From contig BDGG01000002.1 of the NCBI GenBank assembly GCA_001949185.1, forward strand, positions 186,001 through 250,000: a DNA stretch of 64,000 nucleotides, given 5' to 3'. The notes beneath the pieces are model-generated. The model was not told the DNA's origin, searched no databases, and saw only the letters and a list, made by a program, of their open reading frames with translations. Shown here piece after piece: positions 53,451 to 64,000 of this stretch (positions are counted from its first letter, which is position 1; each line of letters begins with the position of its first letter). Source of the DNA: Ramazzottius varieornatus. Its lineage: Eukaryota; Animalia; Tardigrada. Position numbers and translations under genes: made by a program.

Positions 53451-54872
53451 GATGTAGAGGGCCAGTACCGTAACCGATCATCGCGGCCCGCTCACCGCTG
53501 AATTACTGCCCGGTCGAAAAATACGTTACCAATCTGCATAATATCGTTTGTGCTGCAAAACCACCGTCGACCTTCAGCGCGAATTCAAAGATACTTAAGT
53601 ATTGATTAGTCAGTGCTTGATTTGAACGTCCAGCGTTCTGCTGATTTTGCAGTAGCCTGAACTTTGTGCAAGGGTGTACGTATAAACTACATACTGAAGG
53701 TGCTGCTGTGGACTGGAGAGCTTAATCACTCTGCCCATCCTTACCATCGAGAAAGACTGTAGAATACGGCAAAATAGACAGCGGGAGTATGGTTTTTCAC
53801 ACGCTGGTCCGCTTGCTAAAAAATATCGATCTCTGGTGTGCTGAACAAGCACGATGGGAAATTATGAGACATTTTAGATTATGGGGCAGGCGGAAAGGAT
53901 GGCTGGATGGAAATTCGACCGTAGAAAAGTGTCGAAAAGCGTATTACTGTGACCCTGTTGCTACGGCCCTCAGATCCGTCGCTGAAACGTCCTGGAATCC
54001 CTGAGGTTTCAGCTATGGTCCAAATACAAACCCAGAGGAAAACCATGTTTCAGTTTGAATTGCATTTAAGATTAATCGGAATCCCTCGTGTAACAGCAAT
54101 TTGAATTGCAGGTACCTCGTCCTGGCTGGATCATCAATTACGATTAATTCAAAGTCAAGTTTCGACAACAATTGAAATTATTCGAATTACTGGGATGGTG
54201 TTTTGTTCGATACCACGCGTCGGATGGGTAAGCGTTTAGATTAACCCTCTGGTATTTCGCGGAGAATACTTCGTTCCCAAGGTATCCAGTACGAATGGCT
54301 GTCGTCAACACGGACTGTTATGCTCCATGAAGAAGCCACGGTGCGTCGCATAGGCGTAAACTTGGACCCCACTGGAAAAAAAGAACCCTAGCAAGGCCCG
54401 TCGGGTGCTGGTCACGTATACGTCATACAAGGACGAACTGCAGCTTCGCGAAGAACTTTGTACGAGGTACGCATTCTGATTCTGCTGTGTACGTGCACCA
54501 GCGCACCATTAGTCACTCAATCAAGCACTGAAGGTGCTTCACAAGAAAGTGATATATCCACGTGCATTTCGCGTGCTTCTTTCGTGTCAGTTATTACTCG
54601 AATTACCAAAATCTTGGATTTCAATTGTACATTAAAATATCTTTCCGTTCTCGTAATTCCGATTAATATCGAAATGACCAACCCAGAATTTGCAATTTCA
54701 ATTGTCATATCGAAATTCGAGAACCGTCAAACTGGGCCATTTTCGATTACGAATTACAATAATCCGAACAACACTGGCCGAGGTTTAGCCACAGAAACAT
54801 TAGTATCATTCAATATTACGCCAAAACGTTCAGAGAAGTAGACAATATCAAATTTGCCTGGATGGCGTGACG

Positions 54873-54922
54873 NNNNNNNNNNNNNNNNNNNNNNNNNNNN
54901 NNNNNNNNNNNNNNNNNNNNNN
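54873..54922. other. Assembly gap (50 N) flanked by an inverted repeat
   Basis: N run. Pre-gap ...cagagaagtagacaatat is the reverse complement of post-gap atattgtctacttctctg... Confidence 0.95.
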
Positions 54923-55159
54923 ATATTGTCTACTTCTCTGAGCTTTTTGGCTTAGTAGTAAATGATACCATTATTATTTGTTTTTAATGTTTCAAAGGCT
55001 CGTGGCATCAGCGCCTTGAGCACTAGATCCTCAAATTCTTCTACGGGTGTTCTCACCTAGGAATTTCAGCAGCGTGGCCTACATCGTACTACTGAGATAT
55101 AACAGCTGCTGTCCGACTCGCACAGTAAGCCAGCGACTGTGGGAATGCTGTCGAACAAG

Positions 55160-55246
55160 GACCGCTCGCGACGCGCAACCTTGAAAGCTTTGGGCTTTCT
55201 TCAAATCTTTCTGGACTGTCTATCCTTGTTCGGAACTATTACGGGT
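55160..55246 (+). pseudogene. Fragment paralogous to exon 1 of the MS4A-like gene
   Basis: RRATLKALGFLQIFLDCLSLFGTITG followed by gt, versus RRANLKGLGFLQIFLGFFSLLLTLTG followed by gt in the intact gene. Confidence 0.6.
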
Positions 55247-56370
55247 ATCTCACCTCTTACATCCTGAACTAAAATCCTGATCTAAAATCTGGCCGTCGGC
55301 AATGATTTATCTGATCGATACGGCGTTGACCCGAAAACTTGCAGACTGCACACATTGATCATTCCGTGCTTTATGAACTGCTGTGCTTTCTGCTCATGAC
55401 CCTCATTTCTTTCATCCAGAATTTCCATGCCTGTTCGCACTGCCAGAGAGCTTGCTTTGTCGATCAGAATGTACAGTAGAGTTTTCACCTCTAGCGCGTC
55501 TCGGGACTTGCGTTACTGACATGTGGCTTCTTCGTCCACTTGCTTAGGGAACTTACGACGCGTGCAGCGTGTTGAATGATGCCAGAAGTTAATTCATTCA
55601 CTAGCGTGTTTTTTCCGGGTGGAACGCCCCCCCCCCAAGGTAGATCAATGCAGCATGTGGACAAAGTGCGACTACAACAAGGGCAATGCCTGCCTTCCCG
55701 TAATCAGGTGGTACCGATGACTATTGAGTCGAGTCATATGTCACGTGATGACTTGCACGCAAGCATCTCCGTTCTTTGTACTTCCGGATGCAGGACGGGC
55801 TAAAGTGCGCACTATTTTTCCGCCAGAGTTCGTGGCCGGGGGGTAAACTGTGCTTAGTGGGTGCAAGGTTGCAGCCAAGATAACTTGCATCGATTACGTA
55901 CAGTATCGCCCGACTCGTAAATAATTGTCATAATGTAGCTTCGAATTAAGTGACCGCGACAACAGAGCATCCCTGGGCTCGACACGTACACCTCATGAGA
56001 AATGGAGAAGGATAGTATGTGTCGTTGACAACAAGCTTGCGTAGTGTCTGCGGGCTGTCCACAGGGATGCATGGGGATAACGAGACAAGGACGGAGGATC
56101 AACCTCTTCGACTGCCAGAGTCGCTTATGCGTAGAAATACGCAACAGCCAAACAAGAAAGATCAATCGTCCAAACCAGAAAATAATCTGGACTTTATACG
56201 GCACTCCTGGGAAGGATAAAAAGGACGGTGCTTGCTCCTTCTTCCCCAGGTATGGATAAAGGTTACTTCTGCAAAAAGAGAACAGTAATTATGGCCGGCG
56301 TCGAAGGTCGAAACAAGTACAGATTCAATGGGAAAGACCGGTCCCGTCCTGCATTGGAACTTACCCCCTA

Positions 56371-59300
56371 TCATTGGATGATGAATGGAAAGGTCTGGGA
56401 GGCAGTTTGTCCGTTGGCGTCCGTCACTGTTACTTGATAACTGTAGGTGCCGGGACCGAGGATGGTGCTGACCGATATGGCTCCAGTTGTTGGATCAATG
56501 AGAAAGCGTCTGGAAAAAGGCACATGTCAGCTGGCCGTCGGTCAAAGCAGGCGAGAGAAATGCATCTGCCTGCTTTCCAACTAGGTAGCAGACAAGTCTT
56601 GCACTGACCCGTCGGGCACTGTTGGGGCGAACGTGTAGCCTGGTGTACCACCCGTCGGTGTAAGGCTTGCTATGGCCACCTGGCCTGGCAGGACAGTACC
56701 AGTGGGGTCGGTCGGATCGCTGGGCGGAATGACAATGGGTGTATTGGGCGGTAATGGCAAAGCCAAGAGTACAACAGCTGGGCAGGTAGCTGCGCTGGTG
56801 ACGGTAACGGTGACGAATTGGGTGTTGGCAGTACCACTGCTGTCCGTCACGGTGACGGGCAGTGTGTAGGTACCTGCTGGTAGTGTGCCCACTGCCGTCA
56901 CCACTCCGCTGGACGACACCGCCAATTGCCTGTCATAACCATATGGACGGTGTCAGCTTAGCGTAGATAATATATGAGAAAGGCCACTCAAACGTCAAAG
57001 CTTCTTACGTGCTAGGGGTGGAGAAAGTGAAACCGGAGCCGGATCCGCCTGTGGCCGTCAGCGTTGCCAGCGTTGCACCAGCTGTGGTGCCGGCGGCCGG
57101 CGTATTGGCTGCACAGATTGTGGTTGGTGTCAGGGTGGGGAAAGGTCCGCAGGCGTTAATGGTCACCGTAGCGGTGCCCACTGTGACCCCATTGTTGGCC
57201 GTCACTACCACTGTCGTGAAATATGTGCCGGCGGCCAGCGGTATCTGCGTCGTTATAACACCAGCAGGCGATAGGGAGAAACGTCTGCAAATGCAGGAGA
57301 CAAGGTCACGCCCGCACAGCAGTTCTAAGCAGGGTCGGGCACGACTTACGGATCGGTACCACTGATGGCGAAGGTGTAAGGTGGACTTCCGAAGGATGCC
57401 AGCCCGACCAAAGGTGGTGAGACAACAGTGCCACCAACGGCCTGGTTATTGACGCAGGAGGAGGCCGGGATATTGAGGTTGGGGTTAGCGATGACGCCGC
57501 TGGCCGTAGGCGTGGTGCAGGTGATGGTCAAGCTGACGATTCCCGTGGCGCTGCCTCCCGTCTGGTCATTGACCTGTACCACCAATGTCTGAATGCCCTG
57601 GACAGCCGAAGTGGTGGTCGTTACGATACCAGCCGACGAGACGGCAAAGTTGCCACTAATGACCGTGTAGGTGTACGGAGCGGTGCCACCGGTCGGCGCC
57701 AATGTTCCCACCTACCAACAATGACTTACAGCCATTAAGACAACATGATGATGGCACAAGGCAGGACTTGCAGGGGAGACTAATTATGGCCTTGGACGGA
57801 GTGCCAATGAGTCTGGGGGAATGCAACGGTACCTGGGTGCCGGAGGGGACCAGACTGCAGGAGCTGACGGTGAAGCTGGTGGTTGGAAGAGCCAGACTAT
57901 TCTGTGTGTTACAGACGGCGTTAACTTGGACAGAGGTGGTGGTGGCAAGGCCGTTGGCATCGGTGGCGGTGACTGTGGCCAGAATCAGCTGGTTGGCCGT
58001 AATGGGCGCCGCATTAGTAATCAAGCCAGTTTGGGCATTAATTTGCAGCTGAGTGCTGGGGGAGATGGAGTAGGTCAGTGTTGAGCCCGTCGGTGAGGAT
58101 GCCTGTAAAGTCATAGACACTTGGCCATTTGGCTGACCGTAGGAAGCTCGGCCAGATGTGCCATTTTGACTTACCACCACGTAGCCGATAAATTGGCCGA
58201 TGGTCGAGGGACAGCCAGAGTTGATGAACCATACTGCCGTCGGGAAGGTGGGATTGTTGGTGCCGATCGTCGTGTTGGGCAAGATGTTGATGCGAATCGT
58301 TGATTCACAGTACTAGAAACACATAATTAGGCTTCGAACTTGTACTGACCATCAGAAGAAGGGTGGCATGTGACTGAACTGACCAGTCCGGTTTGGGAGT
58401 CGGTCCCCCGCACCCGGAACTCTAGCGCAGCTCGTGGTCTGCGGCCCAATGTTTGAGCGGTAGAGATGTCACCCGTCTGTGGGTTGATAGTGAAGCGTCC
58501 CAGTGGATTATCGGGGATGGACCAGACGATGGACGAGCCGGTGGGACTGGTGGCGTTGACGCGCTGAACGAAAGTGCCCACCGCCGTCCCTTCCAGCACC
58601 GTGGCCGTGTACAGGTTTTGCTGACAGGTCGGACCTTGGGAAATGTTGATGACGCCATTGTTGAAGCCCGGAGCGTTACCGTTGATCTGACATACACTTC
58701 CCACCGAAACCTACAGGCAAACAGGCAACTTTACATTGCAGTCACCTCCTTCCACATCCCTCCAACATTTTAGCATTTCCAAAAGCGAAAATCTTTCAGA
58801 GTTAACGACACGCCTGGCCATGCCGGCATAGCCGAAGTCCTGTCACTTGATCACTTGATTGCACCAGCTACTGTATGATGTAATGAATGGCCTCAAATTG
58901 AGAGCGAAATATTTTATCCCAATTTCGAACGTGCTGACTGTAACGAGAAAATGACAAAGCTTTGATAGTAGCATGGGTTTTCTTACCGTCACAGTAGCCG
59001 TGGTGGACAGTCCAGTAGTGTCGGTTGCTGCCACTACGAAGGTCTTTGTCTGTGAGGCCGTACTCAACGCGGAGACCGATCTGATGTTGCCGCTGGAATC
59101 GACACTGAAGCCGCTGGACGAAATGGAGTACGATATTGCGTTGCCGTCCGGATCAAATGCCTGCAAGAACATCTTACTCATCCACTAACTCCAGAAACGA
59201 AGAAACCTTGGACGTACTGGGACGGTGCCGATAAGGTTGCCGCTGTTGGTGCTACACGGTACAGTGAAGAGAAAGGCCGGCTGCTGGAAGATGGGTGCGC

Positions 59301-62300
59301 GACCGAAGCCACTTCCACCCGTACATGTTCCCACCACGTTGACCGTAACTGTAGCGCTTCCGGTCAGGCCGCCATTGTCCGTCGCAAGAATGACGAATGT
59401 AGAGGGCGTACCAGCAGTCAGGAATGGTATGGTGGTTCGCACGTTACCTGACTGGTCGATCGTAAAGGATGAAGAGGACATGGAGTACCGGATGGTGCCC
59501 CCATCCGGATCGCTAGCCTACACAACAGAAGAAATTTCGGTGGTGGCGGTTATGGAAGCCATTTTGAAGACATTTTGCTAGCTCCTGTCGAAGAATTCCC
59601 TGTCGTTAAATGGGGAATTCTTTTTGTTCTTATGGTTGTAATAGATAGGTCATCGGCCAGCGATTTTGCGCAGATCGTCTTCTACATTGGCGCACCCTCA
59701 CAATATTACAGGCCAGAAGTTCGCGCCATTTTAGCAAACGGTCCTGCCCAGGTTGATGCGCACATTTTCATTGCTTTTGGCTGAAAGTGTGCGCCGCCTG
59801 CGAGAGCGATCTGGGTGGACGCATTTACCGACGTGCCGAATTGTGATTTCCATTACGACTGTTGGAACGTAGAGGGTGGTATGTTATAGTAAGGGGTGTG
59901 TTTATTATGACGATAGTGGTAAAAGGTTTGATGCTTACACTGGCAGTACCGACAAGGACACCGGCGCTGGGGCTGCAAGGCAGTTGGACGGTATAACTGG
60001 TTTGGGTGAACCTTGGCGGCTGGTTTGCTGAGGAAGGACCTTGGCCGGCGCCATCGAGCAGAACGTTGATACGGACGACGGTCTCACAATACTACAGGAC
60101 AAAAGACCATGACGTAAAAATAATATGCAATATTGGGCGAGCATCAAGACGGAACCAGGTGTCATTCTAACCGAGCCAGTGCAGTCTGTCCCGCGGACGC
60201 GAATCTCCATGGCCGACCGCACAAACTTGCGAACCAGCGGCCCGATGACCGACACCACGCCACTGGGGCTGACGGCAAAGCGTCCCAAAGGGTTGTCGAC
60301 CAAACGCCAGCTTAGGGCACAGTAGTTTGGGCTGGTACCGTTCAGTGTCAGGACGGAGGTGCCGGGCGCGCTGGACTCAAGTACAGTGGCGGTGTAAAAC
60401 TGCTGACCACAGTTAATGCCGTTTGACGGAGGGCCGTAACTAGGAGCACCGTAACTACCACCTCCGTAACTCGAACCACCATAGGCAGGGCCAGGTGCAG
60501 CTGCACCGTATCCGCCACCAGCTGCCGGCGCCGCTGAGCCGTAGCTGCCGTATCCTCCGGACGGCGCGGATGGAGCAGGACTTCCGTAACCGCCACCGCC
60601 AACAGATGGTACCGGGCTTCCATAACCGCCACCACCGATAGAAGGAGCTGGGCTTCCGTAACCGCCCATAGAAGGAGCTGGGCCTCCGTAACCGCCACCG
60701 CTTGGCGCTGGAGCAGGTCCACCATAGCCTCCGCCGTATCCTGCCGAAGGTGCAGAAGGTGCCGGCATTCCGTTGCCTCCACCACTTGGGGCAGCTCCGT
60801 AACCGCCACTTGGTGCAGCCGGCGCCGCCCCGTAGGACGAGCCTCCGTAGCTCATTACCGCATAGGATGGCGCAGGTGCGCTGTATGAAGCTGCAAAGAG
60901 CGGGGAAGGAGCCGGGGCTGAGTAGGAAGGAACAGCAGGGGCGGAGTAGGCAGGTGTCGGAGCAGAATATGATGGCGCTGGAGCGGAATAGGAAGGAGCA
61001 GGGGCAGGAGCTGGTGGCGAGTAGGAGGGAGGCGGGGGTGAATAGGATGGCGCAGGAGGGGAATAAGAGGGAGCAGGCTGCGGTTGCGAGTAGGAAGGAG
61101 CGGGAGCTGGATAGGAGGGACTTGGCATTGCGTAGGATGGCGCAGGTGCTGGCATAGAGTAGCTGGGAGCTGGAGCAGAGTAGGAAGGAGCCGGCGGTGG
61201 CGAATAGGAAGGTGCAGGTTGAGGTGGCGAGTAAGACGGGACAGGTGTCGGTGCTGCATAGGATGGACTGGGTTGCGAATAGGAGGGGGCAGGAGCCGAG
61301 TAGGATGGAGGCGAGGGCGCCGCGTAGGACGACGAGGCCATGGAGACGACAGGGCTAGCTGCGAAGAGGGGTGGCGCTACCTGTTGGATAACCGGTGGCG
61401 GCACATAGAAGGAAGCCTGTGTTGGCCCAACTGGTCCCGAGACCATTCCCACATTCTGTATCTGCCGGCCATAGCCCTGCGGATTGACCGGCTGCGTCTG
61501 AGGGCTCCCCTGGCCGGGACTGCCGCCCCCGCTGCAGGCCAGCGTCACGGTAACCAGGGCCTGCGCTGAGCCACTGCTCACCGTGAAGGACTGCGTGCCA
61601 GACTGAGGGAGCGTTCCCGCGGTGGAAATCTGGCCAGACTGGGGGTTGACTGTGAACAAGGAGGTGTCTTGTACCGAGTAAGAAGCGCTGCCTTGACAGG
61701 TGGTGGCGGTGACGAACCCGACAAAGGTGCCGGTTGTGCAGGTGGACAGCGTGAAAGAGTAGGACGATTGCTGGAAGCGCGGTGTACAGGACGAAGAGGA
61801 GAAAGGCGATGGGGTGCTACTTGTCTGACAGTAGGCAGTAACGGTCGCCGTTGTCGTCGAGGTGCCACACGAACTGCTGGCCGTCACGCTGAAGGACTGG
61901 TAACCGCTACTGGGCAGTGTCTGTGACGTGGAGATTTGTCCTGTTTGGGCACTGATGGAGAAGTACGTTGTGCCTTGCAGAGCGTAGGAGACACTACCCC
62001 CGGATGAAGAACTAGCCGTTACCGTACCAACTTGCGCACCGGACTGGCATGTGTAAATGAAGAGGTTGTAAGCTGACTGTGCGAACTGAGGTGGGGAACA
62101 CGAGCTGCTCGACGGAGAGGACGGTGAGGGTGAATTGAATGTAGGAGCCAAAGTGGACTGACAGTTGGCTGACACTGTGATGGTGGCAGATGAAGTACCA
62201 CCACAGTTATTGGCCGCAGTCACCGTCACGGTTTGTGTCGGGGTGGAGGAAGAAAAGCCGGAGCCGACCGTCACTTGCCCAGTCTGTGAGTTGATGGACA

Positions 62301-63930
62301 AGGCTTGGCTGTTGAGCGAATAGGAGCTGGTACCCGTGGCTTGAACAGTGCCTACGGATGTCCCCGCTGTGCAGGAGGAGATGAAAAAGTTATAGAAAGT
62401 TTGGCTGAACTGTGGCGATGTACAAACTTGCTGGGGTTGGGACTGTCCAAGACAAGAAGGGTTGATGAAGACGATGGCGGAAGCCATGCCGCATTGGCTA
62501 CTAGCCATCACCGTCAGTTGGTTGCTGTTGTTGTCGGTCAGTTGGGTCGTCAGGGTAATCTGGCCGGATTGTGGGTTAATGCTGACGGCTGGACTACCTT
62601 GGATGGAGTAACTGACTGAAGTACCACCCGTTACCGAAACCGACCCCACGAAGGAGCCAGCAGAGCACTGTGTGATGGAGAACTGGTAAGCTGACTGGAC
62701 GAACTGCGGTGGTGTGCACTGCGGTGTTTGGCTGATCGGTTGCGGTTGTGGTTGGGGAGCCGGAAGGCTGAAGACATTAGCTGCTGGCGGAGGCTGGGAG
62801 AAGGGCTGCGGGATGGACTGGATGACGGGGAAAGGTTGTGGCTGGGGCTGAGGTTGGTAGACTGGTTGGAGGATGGGTGCTGACGGCGGAGCAAAGATCG
62901 GTGGAGCGACGGGGGAAGGTGGCGGCTGGTAGTAAGTGGGACGGGGAATACCGCTGCTACTGCCACCGTATCCTCCTCCTGCCACGGCCGGTACAGCCGG
63001 AGCTGCGTAGGAGGGAGCGGGAAGTGGAGCTGATGGTGCGCCGTACCCTCCAGCGCCATAGGCAGGCGCAGGCGCGGGAGCCTGGATGACTGGCGTGCCG
63101 TATCCACCACCATACGACGGCACTGGTGCTGCAGCGGGCGGGGGAGGTGCTCCATAACTGCCAGCCCCACCATAAGAAGGGGATGGCATCGCTGCTAGGG
63201 CCGATGGGGCACCATATCCTCCACCATAGGACGTAGCCGGAGCTGGGGCTGAAGGGACAGCGTAACCACCTCCATAGGAGGGAGCTGGCAGGGGAGCTGG
63301 CATGGGAGCTGGTATCGGAGCTGCTGCTGCGCCATAACTTGCTCCTCCCCCTCCATAGCTGGGCATTGGTGCAGCAAGCGATGGAGCAGCGTAGCCCCCT
63401 CCAGCGCCGTATGAGGGAGGCGGCACTGGGGCTGAAGGAGCACCATAAGCGCCGTAGGTAGGAGCGGGGACGGAAGGCTGAGCTGGAGCGCCGTAACCTC
63501 CTCCACCACCGTAACTGGGACTGGGTGAAGGAGCAGCTGAACCATAGCCACCAGCACCACCAGCCGAAGGTGTCGGGCCGTAGCCAACCTGCGATGGAGA
63601 AGCCAGTGCCAGAATGCCGAAAACGCCACTGGGAGGTGCTACGCTCTGAGCGCCGTAGCCTCCTGACGCTGCAGCTGCACTACCGTAACCTCCAGCGGAT
63701 GGCGCAGCGGGAGAAGAAGCGTAGCCTGGGGAAGACCCGTATGACGGTGCAGCAGACGAAGAGCCATAACCTCCACCACCGATGGAAGGTACTGAGCCGT
63801 AAGAAGGCGCGGCCGGCGACGAACCGTAATCAGACGCACTGCTACCGTAACCGCCACTGGAAGTCCCAGCACCACTTCCAGAAAATATCGAAGAGGGCAG
63901 TATGTTGACTCGTACTGTACTGTCGCAATA
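56371..63930 (-). CDS. Large extracellular protein with Gly/Tyr/Pro/Ser/Ala-rich repeats and many atypical Cys-containing cadherin-like repeats; 5' end lies beyond the window
   Basis: 3759-nt exon 60172-63930 plus about nine smaller exons. Repeated PxFxQxxYxF..C..GTxVGTVxAT..SYS..FxINxxTGxI..L..F.VxAxD units. Ends ..GQTASQTFPFIIQ-TGA at 56371 with no transmembrane segment. Confidence 0.8.
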
Positions 63931-64000
63931 CTACAAATGAATGTCAATAGGACAAGATTCTCATTCTGCCCTTCGGACAATACGTTGATTGACTTTACAA

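Noticed and set aside
54030-54841. 127-aa ORF at 54458 and AATT-rich patches
   Set aside because: The ORF runs through an AT-rich degenerate repeat next to an assembly gap and shows no protein features.
60125-63980. Many long overlapping ORFs on both strands
   Set aside because: Shadows and alternative frames of the GC-rich repetitive exon of the cadherin-like gene.
1-64000. tRNA, rRNA or other structured RNA genes
   Set aside because: None recognised by eye; a covariance-model scan would be needed to exclude them.

Overview
Eukaryotic (metazoan) genomic DNA: gene-dense, roughly balanced GC, many short GT-AG introns. The ORF track therefore shows exon fragments and antisense shadows rather than whole genes. 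A compact invertebrate genome such as a tardigrade would fit, but this is an unverified inference. Spliced genes reconstructed by hand: 3' end of a hydroxylysine-kinase-like gene, an RNF220-like gene apparently lacking its RING, strawberry notch, a cathepsin-B-like protease with a probable hemopexin-like C-terminal extension (plus a decayed tandem copy), a two-exon 74-aa secreted defensin-like peptide missed by the ORF track, a LanC-like gene, a small C2H2 protein, an alpha1-adrenergic-like aminergic GPCR, an MS4A/CD20-like membrane protein, and the 3' part of a very large Gly/Tyr/Pro-rich protein with atypical cadherin-like repeats and no C-terminal membrane anchor. Relics: a pogo-type transposase, TA-flanked MITEs, an ApeC (apextrin) pseudogene and two LRR pseudogenes. 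The most striking non-coding signal is a dispersed spaced palindrome, AAGTGGCGCA-N27-TGCGCCACTT. It occurs in about 30 copies, in introns of seven genes and in intergenic DNA, often as ~70-85 bp tandem units, with arms and spacer length much better conserved than spacer sequence.
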